From the NCBI GenBank assembly GCA_903896545.1, contig CAITYF010000159.1:5679-69678 (forward strand): a stretch of DNA of 64,000 nt, in the 5' to 3' direction. Each line of letters begins with the position of its first letter. Positions within the stretch are counted from its first letter, which is position 1. The DNA comes from an uncultured Myxococcales bacterium (GTDB lineage Bacteria; Myxococcota_A; UBA9042). The position numbers were made by a program, and so were the translations under genes. This document shows positions 1 through 9,012 of this stretch, piece after piece. The notes beneath the pieces were generated by a model. It was not told the DNA's origin and did no database searches. It saw only the letters and a program-made list of their open reading frames with translations.

Positions 1-1
1 C

Positions 2-2398
2 GACCCGCTGGCTGCAGACACCGACGGCGATGGACTGCTGGACGGACAAGAACTCGCGGCGGGCGATCCGCAGGCATACGACGCGGGAACGGACACGAAC
101 CCGCTGGACGCCGATAGCGACGAGGACGGGCTGAAAGACGGCGATGAAGTCGCAGGCGCAGGACCGCTCGTTGGGTTTGGAGCGACCAACGCGCTGAATG
201 CGGATACCGACGGTGATGGCTTGAGCGACGGGCTGGAGGTCGGAGTCACCGCGGGCGTGCCTGCTGGCAAGAGCGCAGGTGGCGTCGCATTCGCCGGTAC
301 GGCGGCGCTGTTTGTCGGTGATGCGGACCCAGCGTCCAAGACCAACCCGCTGAAGGCGGACACGGACGGCGGCACGGTCGCGGACGGCGTGGAAGATGCC
401 AACCACAACGGTAAGGTGGACGACAAGGAGAAAGACCCGAACGTGGCAGCGGATGACGTGCCCAAGCCCGGCGAGGATCTGGACCAGGACGGTGTGCCCG
501 ACGACAAGGACAATTGCCCGCACATCGCGAACGCGTCTCAAGCGGATTCGGATCACGACGGCGTCGGTGACGTCTGCGACTTCAATGACGGCAACGAACG
601 CGCGGAGGTCTCGGACAGTGGCATGGCGCTGCGTGGCGGTTGTTCGTCCGGAACGCTGGGTGGATCCGCGTCGACGCTGGGGCTGGCGCTGCTCGCGGCG
701 GTTCTGCTGGTGCTGCGTCGGGCGCGTAAGGCGCTGTGGGTCGTTGCTGTGGTGCTGGTGGCGATGCCAGCGTTTGCGGCAAGCGGCAATCTGGACGTCG
801 AGCAGTTCAACGCGGTGCCCATCGGCAGTGGCGTCCTGAACCAGTGGCAAAGCGGGACGCCTGGCAACCTCCAGTGGGGCGCCGGGCTCTCTACGCACTA
901 CGCGCATCAGCCGTTGCGGTTGGTTCCTTTGCAGTCGGGCGATGCGCGCGCCACCGGTCAGGTCATTCCCGGTCTCCTGCACGTCGAGGCGCTGGGGCGG
1001 CTAGGACTGTTCGATTGGCTGGAGGTGGACGCCGCGATCCCTTTTGTCGCGACGCTGGGCACGCCGGACACGACCGTCGGCGGGCGCAGCGTGGCGGACC
1101 TGCAAGCGGCGCGATTGGGTGACATTCGACTGGCAGCCGGCGCCGATCTGACCGCGCTTCTGGGCTGGAAAGCGGCCAACCACGACGGCTTTGGCGTGGG
1201 CGTCCGACTCACTGCATGGCTACCGACGGGCGACGCGACGGCGTTTCAGAGCGAAGGGACGGTGCACGTGGAGCCGCGTCTGGTCGCCGACTGGCGGCAT
1301 CGTCGGTGGTTCTTCGGCGCAAACGTGGGCTGGCTCGCCCGCGCCCGTTCGCAGGTTTTCCACGTGGTCAGCGACGACGCGTTCACGTGGGGCGTTTTTG
1401 GTCGTGGTCCGATCGCGGGTCCGATCGACTGGCTGGCGACGGCGTATGGCTCGCTGCAGTCCGCCAAGCAGATCAATCCGTTGGACGCGACACAACGCGC
1501 GTATGACGGCACCAACAGTCCGATGGAGCTACTCGCCGGCGCGCACGCGGACCTGAACCCGTGGGACTTGACGCTCGCAGCGGGTCCAGGGTTGAGCGCC
1601 GCCGTGGGCTCGCCTACCTTTCGCGTTGTTTTGCAAGCCGCGTACGCACCACACACGGTTTCCGTGGAAGAACCGGTCATCGTGGACACCGATGGCGATG
1701 GACTCCTCGACCCGGACGACCGCTGCCCGCGTGCGCCGGAGGACAAGGACGGCTACAGCGATGCAGATGGTTGTCCTGACCCGGACAACGACGCGGATGG
1801 CATTTTTGACGAGCAGGACAAGTGTCCGAGCCAGCCCGAGACGCGCAATGGGTATCAAGACGAGGACGGTTGCCCAGACACGCTGCCGGACCGCGACAGT
1901 GACGGCATCCCAGACGCCGCGGACAAGTGTCCGGACGATCCGACCGACAAGTGCATGGCGGCAACAGTGGGTGATGAAATCGTCATCTATGAGCGGGTCG
2001 AATTCGCGACGAACAAGGCGGTGATTCGCGCCGAGAGCTTCTCCGTGCTTGACGTTGTAGCGGACATTTTGAAGGCACACGTGGAGTTGACCAAGATTGA
2101 GGTGCAGGGGCATACCGATTCCGACGGCGACGACGTCGCGAATCTGGCGCTGTCGAGTGCTCGCGCTGCGGCGGTCGTGGACTACTTGGTGAAGAAGGGC
2201 GTCGACCGCGCGAGGCTGAAGTCGACGGGATACGGTCGCACGCGTCCGGTCGCGCCCAACGACACCACCGAGAACAAGCAGAAGAATCGGCGGGTGCAGT
2301 TCGTGTTCTCCAGCGCGATTGCGATTGAGAAGGTCCCGGAAGTTGTGACACCAGCGCAGCCGACGGCGCCCCAAGTGTCACCGCAGAAACCGAAGTAG
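2..2398 (+). CDS. 5'-truncated surface protein: DxDxDG Ca-binding repeats, internal MYXO-CTERM-like segment, outer-membrane beta-barrel, thrombospondin type-3 repeats and OmpA C-terminal domain (TraB-like)
   Basis: Frame is open from position 2 (DPLAADTDGDGLLDG...). GGCSS-linker-TM-RRARK lies at about 635-730. TSP3 repeats (DTDGDGLLDPDDRCP, EDKDGYSDADGCPD) and OmpA motifs (IEVQGHTD, NLALSSARA, NRRVQF) follow. Confidence 0.85.
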   Translation, partial: DPLAADTDGDGLLDGQELAAGDPQAYDAGTDTNPLDADSDEDGLKDGDEVAGAGPLVGFGATNALNADTDGDGLSDGLEVGVTAGVPAGKSAGGVAFAGTAALFVGDADPASKTNPLKADTDGGTVADGVEDANHNGKVDDKEKDPNVAADDVPKPGEDLDQDGVPDDKDNCPHIANASQADSDHDGVGDVCDFNDGNERAEVSDSGMALRGGCSSGTLGGSASTLGLALLAAVLLVLRRARKALWVVAVVLVAMPAFAASGNLDVEQFNAVPIGSGVLNQWQSGTPGNLQWGAGLSTHYAHQPLRLVPLQSGDARATGQVIPGLLHVEALGRLGLFDWLEVDAAIPFVATLGTPDTTVGGRSVADLQAARLGDIRLAAGADLTALLGWKAANHDGFGVGVRLTAWLPTGDATAFQSEGTVHVEPRLVADWRHRRWFFGANVGWLARARSQVFHVVSDDAFTWGVFGRGPIAGPIDWLATAYGSLQSAKQINPLDATQRAYDGTNSPMELLAGAHADLNPWDLTLAAGPGLSAAVGSPTFRVVLQAAYAPHTVSVEEPVIVDTDGDGLLDPDDRCPRAPEDKDGYSDADGCPDPDNDADGIFDEQDKCPSQPETRNGYQDEDGCPDTLPDRDSDGIPDAADKCPDDPTDKCMAATVGDEIVIYERVEFATNKAVIRAESFSVLDVVADILKAHVELTKIEVQGHTDSDGDDVANLALSSARAAAVVDYLVKKGVDRARLKSTGYGRTRPVAPNDTTENKQKNRRVQFVFSSAIAIEKVPEVVTPAQPTAPQVSPQKPK

Positions 2399-2465
2399 CT
2401 CAAGCCACAAGCTCGATGAATCAAGGTGTTGCGTCGTTCCGCAGCTTAGGTTCACGCGCGCGCAC

Positions 2466-2502
2466 CAACTGTCTTGACAGTTGCTGTGTTTGGTGTCATA
2501 AC
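2466..2502 (+). promoter_or_regulatory. sigma70-type promoter with overlapping palindromic operator
   Basis: TTGACA at 2474-2479, 17-bp spacer, CATAAC at 2497-2502. The perfect inverted repeat CAACTGTC-TT-GACAGTTG (2466-2483) covers the -35 element. Confidence 0.65.
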
Positions 2503-2540
2503 TATGTTCACGGTGCTGATGTCGCGCCAACAAGAGTCAG

Positions 2541-3065
2541 ATGAGCCAGCTATCATCCCCACCATCGCTTTTACCGCTCACGCTGGAGGAGCTGTGCGAC
2601 GCCACCGGGGAGACACGTCGCACGGTGCGGTTTTACATCCTCAACGGCCTGCTCACGCCGCCGGTCGGTGCGGGACCCGCGTCCCGGTATCCGGGCGAGC
2701 ACGTGGAGCGCTTGCGCTTCATCCGCCAAATGCAGGACGACGGCATGCAGCTCTCCAAGATCCGCGCGATCCTGGAGTCAACGCCGGCGCACGGTCTGCG
2801 CCACTTCTTGCCGACGGTGCCACTGGCTGCGGCGGCTTCCCCGTCTCCGCCACCGATGCTGGCTTCGCCCTTTGAGCCGATGGAGACGAGCGACGCCGCG
2901 GAGACCGGGTTTCTGCGCTCGCCGTGGGAGCGCATCACGCTGGAGCCCGGCGTGGAGCTGCACGTGCGTCGGCCGTTGGGTGTGGCGGCGAATCGGCGTG
3001 TCCAGCGTCTGCTGGATTTCGCCCAGAAGCTGAGTCGTGATTCCAGTTACAAGTCAGGGAGGTAA
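2541..3065 (+). CDS. MerR-family helix-turn-helix regulator
   Basis: LTLEELCDATGETRRTVRFYILNGLLTPP...RY...RLRFIRQMQDDGMQLSKIR is a MerR-type HTH. C-terminal WERITLEPGVELHV motif. Confidence 0.85.
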   Translation: MSQLSSPPSLLPLTLEELCDATGETRRTVRFYILNGLLTPPVGAGPASRYPGEHVERLRFIRQMQDDGMQLSKIRAILESTPAHGLRHFLPTVPLAAAASPSPPPMLASPFEPMETSDAAETGFLRSPWERITLEPGVELHVRRPLGVAANRRVQRLLDFAQKLSRDSSYKSGR

Positions 3066-3068
3066 GTT

Positions 3069-4376
3069 ATGTCACAGAATGAACTGCAAGAAGAGAACCT
3101 GAACGACGGTCTGTCTGCCCTCACGGCGTCCACCGACCGGCAGTTGGGGCGTGCGGGGGCGCGCAGCCTGCGCTACCTGCAGATCGGCGTGCAAGCTAGC
3201 CACGCGCAGACGCACAAGGAGCGGCAGCCAGTTCAGATCGCGTTTGCTCTGGATCGTTCAGGCTCGATGGGCGGCGAGAAGATGACGCTGGCCAAGCAGG
3301 CGGTTGTCGCGGCGCTGTCGCAGCTCGAAAAGGGCGACCAGTTCGCCGTCACGGTTTTTGACGACCATGTGGACGTTGTCGCGGCGGCGGCGGACGTGAC
3401 CACCAAGTCGTTGGCACAGGCGAAGCGGGCGCTGGACGGCGTGGAGGCCCGCGGCTCGACGGCGCTGTATGCAGGTTGGGATACGGCATGCGGCGAACTG
3501 GCGCGTGTCCAGAAGCAGGGCACCATGGGGCGCTGTATCGTGGTGACGGACGGGCAGGCCAACCACGGTCCGAGTTCGCCCTTGGAGTTGGCGGAAGCGG
3601 CACGGCGCCGACGCGCGGCAGGTATCGCGACGACGGCGCTCGGCATCGGCGAGGACTTCAACGAAGAACTGTTGGCCGCGATGTCCAAGGCGGGCGCGGG
3701 GCAGTTCTACTACGTCCGCAGCGCGGCGCAGTTGGCGAGCATTCTGTCCACGGAAATCAACGACGCGATGGACGTCGTCGCGCGCGGTGTGGTCGTGGAA
3801 CTGTGGCCGTCGGATGGCGTGCGACTGGAACTGCTCAGCGATTTGCCGGCCATCTGGACGGGAACGCACCTGCGCGTGGAGCTGGGCGACCTGGTGAGCG
3901 ACCAGCGCATCGACCTCGTGGCGACGGCGCTGCTGCCGCGGGTGAGCGGTGGCGACCCGCCGTCGGTCGAAGTGCGTGCATCGGATGCCGACGGGCCGTT
4001 GGAGCTGCCGGTGCAACTGGTGCAGTGGAAGCTGGCCAACCACCGCGCGAACGACGGGCAGCCGCGCGACTTCGGTGTGCTGCGCGCTGCGGCGGCGGTC
4101 GTGGCGGCGCGGGCGCTGCTGGGCGTGCTGGAGCGCAACCGGCGCGGTGAGTTCACGGTTGTGCGCAAGCGTTTGGACGAGGCGTTGGCGCAGCTGCACA
4201 ACATGGGCAAGGACGACCCGGAGATTCGCGTGCACATCGCGCAGCTGACTGAAGCGCGCGACCAGCTGAGCCACTTTGTCGAGGAATACGCGCTCAAGGA
4301 AATGCACATGCGCGGGACGTCGGTGGCGCGGAGCAAGGACCTGTGCGGTGCGCCGATGCGATCGCCGGTTCGCTAG
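3069..4376 (+). CDS. von Willebrand factor A domain protein
   Basis: MIDAS motif DRSGSM, GSTAL, TDGQAN, GIGEDFNEELL; starts 3 bp after the MerR gene. Confidence 0.9.
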   Translation: MSQNELQEENLNDGLSALTASTDRQLGRAGARSLRYLQIGVQASHAQTHKERQPVQIAFALDRSGSMGGEKMTLAKQAVVAALSQLEKGDQFAVTVFDDHVDVVAAAADVTTKSLAQAKRALDGVEARGSTALYAGWDTACGELARVQKQGTMGRCIVVTDGQANHGPSSPLELAEAARRRRAAGIATTALGIGEDFNEELLAAMSKAGAGQFYYVRSAAQLASILSTEINDAMDVVARGVVVELWPSDGVRLELLSDLPAIWTGTHLRVELGDLVSDQRIDLVATALLPRVSGGDPPSVEVRASDADGPLELPVQLVQWKLANHRANDGQPRDFGVLRAAAAVVAARALLGVLERNRRGEFTVVRKRLDEALAQLHNMGKDDPEIRVHIAQLTEARDQLSHFVEEYALKEMHMRGTSVARSKDLCGAPMRSPVR

Positions 4377-4409
4377 CCACGCGGTTTTCCGTCAGATCTT
4401 TTGGGCGCA

Positions 4410-4507
4410 TCCGGCCGCAAGCGGCCGGACCGGGCCATAGTCCAGCCGGGCCGGCTTCGCCGTCGGCTGGACCGGAGACCCGCTGCGCGGGCCTCCGCCG
4501 CAAGCGG
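4410..4507. repeat. Cluster of four abutting GC-rich hairpins between convergent genes (REP-like or terminator-like)
   Basis: TCCGGCCGC-AA-GCGGCCGGA (4410-4429); GTCCAGCCG...CGGCTGGAC (4440-4472); CGGAG.CCCGC-TGC-GCGGG.CTCCG (4473-4497); CCGC-AA-GCGG (4498-4507). Confidence 0.5.
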
Positions 4508-4568
4508 TCACTGTCCCTTGCGCGCTGGCGCCGGTGCCACGGGCCGCTCGAAGCGCGACCTCGTTCGC

Positions 4569-5474
4569 TCAACCCTGCGCCGCGTCCACCCGCCGCTGCA
4601 GCTCCGCCGCCATCAACCGCGCCACCAGCGCGACGCGGCCGACGCCCAGCGCCGACTTCGCCGCGACCAGGTGAACCTCACCTTCCGCAAACGGTCCCAG
4701 CGGCAGATCCAGAGCGACGAGCGCGTCGGGCTGGCCAGTCCGGTGCATCGGCCGCGCGAGCACCATGGCGCCCACTCCAGCCTCCGCCGCCCGCAGCAGC
4801 ACCAGAAAGTTGTCCGAGGTGAACGCCGGCACGAAATTCGGAATTACCTCGCGCAACTGTGGATTCGGCGGCAGGTGCTCGTACGGGCGCGCCCACGCGA
4901 GCCACGGCAAGTCTGCGAACGTGGGCGCCGGTGGCAAGCGCGCCAGCAGCGACGGCGCGACACACACGGCGTTCTGGATGCGCACCGACGCGACGGTCGT
5001 CAATTCGTCGCGATCCGCGGCACGCTGCCGCAGCGCCAGGTCGGCCTCGCCGCGCGCCAGATCCGCGTAGGCGATGTCCGCCAGCACTTCCAGCCGCAGG
5101 CGCGGATGACGGTCGCGCAGCCAGACGGCAAACGGCGCAAGAAATTCGAACGCAATCCCAGGCGGCGCTGCCACCCGCACAACACCGTGCGGCTCCACTT
5201 CCGCCGCCTGCGCCGCGCGGGTCACTTCCGCGGCGTAATCCGCCATCCGCCGTGCCGGCGCTATCAGCCGCTCGCCCGCAACGGTGAGTCGCACCCCGTC
5301 GCTCCGCCGCTCAAACAGCAGAAACCCAACGTCGTGCTCCAACTGCGCCAGCCGCCGACTCACCGTGGGCTGCCCCACGCGCAGCCGCCGCGCGCCACCG
5401 GACACGCTGCCCGTCTCCGCCACTGCCAAGAAGAGCTGCACTGCATCCCACGGTAGCTGTCCCTGTCCGTTCAT
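4569..5474 (-). CDS. LysR-family transcriptional regulator
   Basis: FLAVAETGSVSGGARRLRVGQPTVSRRLAQLEHDVGFLLFER HTH and DLARGEADLALR. Start moved to the ATG at 5474 inside the longer ORF. Confidence 0.92.
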   Translation of the reverse strand: MNGQGQLPWDAVQLFLAVAETGSVSGGARRLRVGQPTVSRRLAQLEHDVGFLLFERRSDGVRLTVAGERLIAPARRMADYAAEVTRAAQAAEVEPHGVVRVAAPPGIAFEFLAPFAVWLRDRHPRLRLEVLADIAYADLARGEADLALRQRAADRDELTTVASVRIQNAVCVAPSLLARLPPAPTFADLPWLAWARPYEHLPPNPQLREVIPNFVPAFTSDNFLVLLRAAEAGVGAMVLARPMHRTGQPDALVALDLPLGPFAEGEVHLVAAKSALGVGRVALVARLMAAELQRRVDAAQG

Positions 5475-5606
5475 TCCTGCCGCTCGCCTTGTCATGCACC
5501 AGCGCATGGCTAGATGCAAAATATCGCACTTCCGCGACAAAAATGCATGACTAAACTGCACTGGACGGCGGGCGATGTGTCCGCGTTTCTGTTCCACCGA
5601 GGTTCC

Positions 5607-6539
5607 ATGCGCGCGTTCTTTTCCCCCTTGCTCCTGACGTTTCTCCTTGTGATGACCGGCTGTCAGGCGGCTTCTCTGCCGGTCGTGCGGGCTTCTCTGG
5701 GTACGCCGCGGCGGTCGGCTGACCTGCTTGCAGTGCTTGATCTTCCGGGTCCGGTGACGGTCGAGACCGTGGTGTCGGCCACGTGGCAGGTCGACTTGAG
5801 CGGTCTGCTGGACCTGAGCGATCCGCGCGCCAAGGCGGCGGGACTGCAGAACCGCGACGAGCCGATCGAGGTGTACTTCCACGCGATTCGCCACCCGAAG
5901 TTTGGCCTGTTTCTGATCGACACCGGCGTCGAAACCGCCGAGCGCGACCATCCCGACGCCGCGCGCGTGCAAGGTTTGGTGCGGAAATTCATGCACGCGG
6001 AGAGGCTGAAGGTTGGCGCGCCCGTGGGTGCGTGGCTGAAAGCGCAGCCGGACAAGCTCGCGGGCGTGCTGTTCACGCACCTCCACATCGACCACATCTG
6101 GGGCGTGCCGGACCTGCCGCCGACGCCGCTGTACGTGGGTCCGGGCGAGAGCACGGAGAAGGCGTTCGAGCACCTTTTTGTGCAGGGACCCACCGACGCG
6201 CTGCTTCAGGGCCAGACTCAGCTTCAGGAGTGGCCGTTCCAGGCCGATGCCGACGGTCGCTTCGCCGGCGTGCTCGACGTCTTTGGCGACGGCTCCCTCT
6301 GGGCCATGTCCACGCCGGGTCATACGGCGGGCAGCGTTTCTTTCATCGCGCGCACGCCGCAGGGACCGATTCTGTTCACCGGCGACACGTGTCACACCGC
6401 GTGGGGATGGCAGAACGGCGTGCCGCCGGGGAGCTTCACTGCGGACCGGGAGATGAATCAGAAGTCGTTGGACAGGCTGCGGCAGCTGGCGAGTGAGCAT
6501 CCGGGGATGCGGGTGCGGTTGGGGCATCAGCGGCTATAG
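5607..6539 (+). CDS. MBL-fold metallo-hydrolase lipoprotein (N-acyl-homoserine lactonase-like)
   Basis: Lipobox MTGC; LIDTG, THLHIDH, DVFGDGS, TPGHTAG and FTGD motifs; divergent from the LysR gene. Confidence 0.8.
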   Translation: MRAFFSPLLLTFLLVMTGCQAASLPVVRASLGTPRRSADLLAVLDLPGPVTVETVVSATWQVDLSGLLDLSDPRAKAAGLQNRDEPIEVYFHAIRHPKFGLFLIDTGVETAERDHPDAARVQGLVRKFMHAERLKVGAPVGAWLKAQPDKLAGVLFTHLHIDHIWGVPDLPPTPLYVGPGESTEKAFEHLFVQGPTDALLQGQTQLQEWPFQADADGRFAGVLDVFGDGSLWAMSTPGHTAGSVSFIARTPQGPILFTGDTCHTAWGWQNGVPPGSFTADREMNQKSLDRLRQLASEHPGMRVRLGHQRL

Positions 6540-7013
6540 GCAGGGACCCTCGACGTCCAGCTGCCAGAGGATCGCGTCAAACGCGGTGCCCGCTGGGAAA
6601 TCTGTCGGCGACACCGCGCTCGGCAGCAGCTTGGCGTCGCTGACAACCATCAGAAGTGTGTGGTGCGCCCGCGCATTCTTCGGCCGATCGCATATCACGA
6701 TCGTGCACGTCGGCAAGTCCTGACAGACCGAAGTGGTGTCAAGCACCGTCTCGGCAGCGTCCCAGTCAAAGTACCAAGCGAAATGCAAGTTGGCCGCCTC
6801 GATGCACGTCGTCGACAGGTGTTCGACTTTGAACTGCGCGGCATTTTTCGGCGTCACGATCGGCACTGGCTGCAGCGACAACGGCGCCTCGCTGTCGACA
6901 TGGACAATCGGCGTACACGCGTCGCTTGTTGCCGCATCCACCGGCGTCGCTGCTGACCCGCTGGAGCACGACAACAATGGCAAGACCGCCAGAAAGAGTA
7001 AAAACTTGCGCAT
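6534..7013 (-). CDS. Hypothetical lipoprotein
   Basis: Signal peptide with lipobox (LLSC); co-oriented downstream of ftsZ. Confidence 0.65.
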   Translation of the reverse strand: MRKFLLFLAVLPLLSCSSGSAATPVDAATSDACTPIVHVDSEAPLSLQPVPIVTPKNAAQFKVEHLSTTCIEAANLHFAWYFDWDAAETVLDTTSVCQDLPTCTIVICDRPKNARAHHTLLMVVSDAKLLPSAVSPTDFPAGTAFDAILWQLDVEGPCL

Positions 7014-7053
7014 CGTTGAACCTCGGCGTTTTCAGGCTGCCAGACGCAGTTCC

Positions 7054-7563
7054 TCAAGGCAAGGGCGCTATCTTTCCCTTCACCGCGACCCACCGCTCCG
7101 CAAATCGCGCGATCACCGCGAGTCCACGTCCCGCGCGCGACCGCACTTCCGGCTGCGCCAAGTACGCCAGCGCCGCCTCGGGTTTTCCGCGCGCCATCAG
7201 CGCTTGCGCGTGCGCGGCAGCCTGCTTTTCATCCAGCGTGGCAATCGCCGGCGCAACCGGATCGGGCTTGCCCAGCGCGCTGACCATCTGCTCGGTCATC
7301 TCCAGCCCGACAATCGCCTGCGGTTCAACGACGACCGTCCCGGTCGAAGCGCCAAAATAGTGCTCCGCCTTGGCCAGGTGTTCCATCCTGTCATCGCGCG
7401 GCGCCATCGCCGCATCGGCCAGTGCACGAATGCCTTTGTCGATGCCATCCTCGTCGTGACGCTTGCTGCCGACGATCTGCGCGAGCGCAATGACGCACGC
7501 CAACGCCAACAGCACGGCAAAACCGATGCGGCGCTGCGTCTGCGGCGCGCCTTCAGTGCTCAA
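7054..7563 (-). CDS. Hypothetical membrane-anchored helical protein
   Basis: N-terminal TM (IGFAVLLALACVIALAQIV); starts 9 bp after the ftsZ stop. Confidence 0.65.
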   Translation of the reverse strand: MSTEGAPQTQRRIGFAVLLALACVIALAQIVGSKRHDEDGIDKGIRALADAAMAPRDDRMEHLAKAEHYFGASTGTVVVEPQAIVGLEMTEQMVSALGKPDPVAPAIATLDEKQAAAHAQALMARGKPEAALAYLAQPEVRSRAGRGLAVIARFAERWVAVKGKIAPLP

Positions 7564-7572
7564 CGGCTGACC

Positions 7573-8964
7573 CTACTTGCGCATGAACGCGGGGCGGTCA
7601 ATCTCGGTGCCGTCATCGGAAACGAAGGGATTGCCGACGAGCGGTTCGCGCTTGGTCAACGAGCCTTGATTCAACGACTGCTGGACGGCCGCGTGGCTCG
7701 TGCCATACGACGGCGTGCGACGCGTGTAGGCGGGCTCGTCGAGGTCAATCGGCATGCCATCATTGCCACCGCGGCGCGCGGAGGCCATCGGCGCGGGGAT
7801 CGGCGGCGGCGCAGCTTGCGAGACCTGCATCACGTCACCGCGACCCGCGGTCGCGTACACGCGCACATCCTGCACGCCCGACAATTCCAGCGGCGCGGTC
7901 ACGCGCAGGGACGAAGCGGTCGGCGGCGGCGGGGGCGGCACGTTCAACTGGCGCTCGCGCGGCGAAAGCTGCTGCACCATCTCCAGCGAGCGGATCTGCT
8001 GCATGCGATCGAAACCCGTGGCCACAACCGTCACCTTGATGTCGTCGCCGAGCGACTCGTCGATGATCGCGCCGAAGATCGTGTTGGTTTCCGCCGCGGC
8101 GGATTCCTGAATCAACGTCATCGCGTCGTTGATGTCGGCCAGGCTGAGGTCCGCACCGGCAATCGCGACCAGAAGTCCCGTCGCGCCTTCCACGCGGGCG
8201 TCTTCCAGAAGCGGGCTCGAAATGGCCTGACGGGCCGCCGCACGCGCCCGATCGTCGCCCGAAGCGCGGCCGGTGCCCATGAGCGCCATGCCTTTGCCCT
8301 TCATGATGGCCACGACGTCGGCGAAGTCGACGTTGACCAAGCCGGGCGTCAGGATGATGTCGGAGATGCCGCGCACGGCTTCCACGACGACGGCGTCGAC
8401 CATCTTGAACGCGTCCTTGAAGCTGATCTTGCGGTCGGCGACGCTCAAAATGCGGTCGTTCGGGATGACGATGAGCGTGTCGACGTGTTCGGCCAATTCG
8501 CGCAGACCGTCTTCCGCCTGCTTGCCGCGGTTGATGCCCTCAAAGCCGAACGGCCGCGTCACAACCGCCACCGTCAGCGCACCCGCCGCGCGTGCCGCCT
8601 GCGCGATGACCGGTGCCGCGCCCGTGCCCGTGCCGCCGCCCATGCCCGCCGTGATGAACACCATGTCGGCATCCGCGACGGCCGCCTGCAGCGCGTCCAT
8701 GTCTTCCAGCGCGGCCTTGTGGCCCATTTCCGGTTTGCCGCCCGCGCCCAAGCCGCGCGTCAAAAGCTGGCCCAGCTGCAAGCGCGTGCCCGCGAGACTG
8801 CGACCCAGCGCCTGTGCGTCGGTGTTGGCAACCATATACTCGATGTGTCCGAGCTCGGCTTCAATCAGGTTGTTTACGGCGTTGCCGCCGCCGCCGCCGA
8901 CGCCGATGACCTTGATCTTGGCACCAAAGATGGCGGGCGACTCGAGTTGGATGGATTCAAACAT
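7573..8964 (-). CDS. ftsZ: Cell division protein FtsZ
   Basis: IKVIGVGGGGGNAVN, tubulin signature GMGGGTGTG, NVDFADV, C-terminal core IDRPAFMRK. Confidence 0.99.
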   Translation of the reverse strand: MFESIQLESPAIFGAKIKVIGVGGGGGNAVNNLIEAELGHIEYMVANTDAQALGRSLAGTRLQLGQLLTRGLGAGGKPEMGHKAALEDMDALQAAVADADMVFITAGMGGGTGTGAAPVIAQAARAAGALTVAVVTRPFGFEGINRGKQAEDGLRELAEHVDTLIVIPNDRILSVADRKISFKDAFKMVDAVVVEAVRGISDIILTPGLVNVDFADVVAIMKGKGMALMGTGRASGDDRARAAARQAISSPLLEDARVEGATGLLVAIAGADLSLADINDAMTLIQESAAAETNTIFGAIIDESLGDDIKVTVVATGFDRMQQIRSLEMVQQLSPRERQLNVPPPPPPTASSLRVTAPLELSGVQDVRVYATAGRGDVMQVSQAAPPPIPAPMASARRGGNDGMPIDLDEPAYTRRTPSYGTSHAAVQQSLNQGSLTKREPLVGNPFVSDDGTEIDRPAFMRK

Positions 8965-9012
8965 GGTGTACCTCGTGAGGAATGGGGTGGCGTGCGTGAC
9001 GCGTCGTTTGGT

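Noticed and set aside
5475-6527. Apparent N-terminal extension making a 652-aa LysR fusion
   Set aside because: The extension is antisense to the MBL hydrolase; the LysR HTH begins right after the ATG at 5474.
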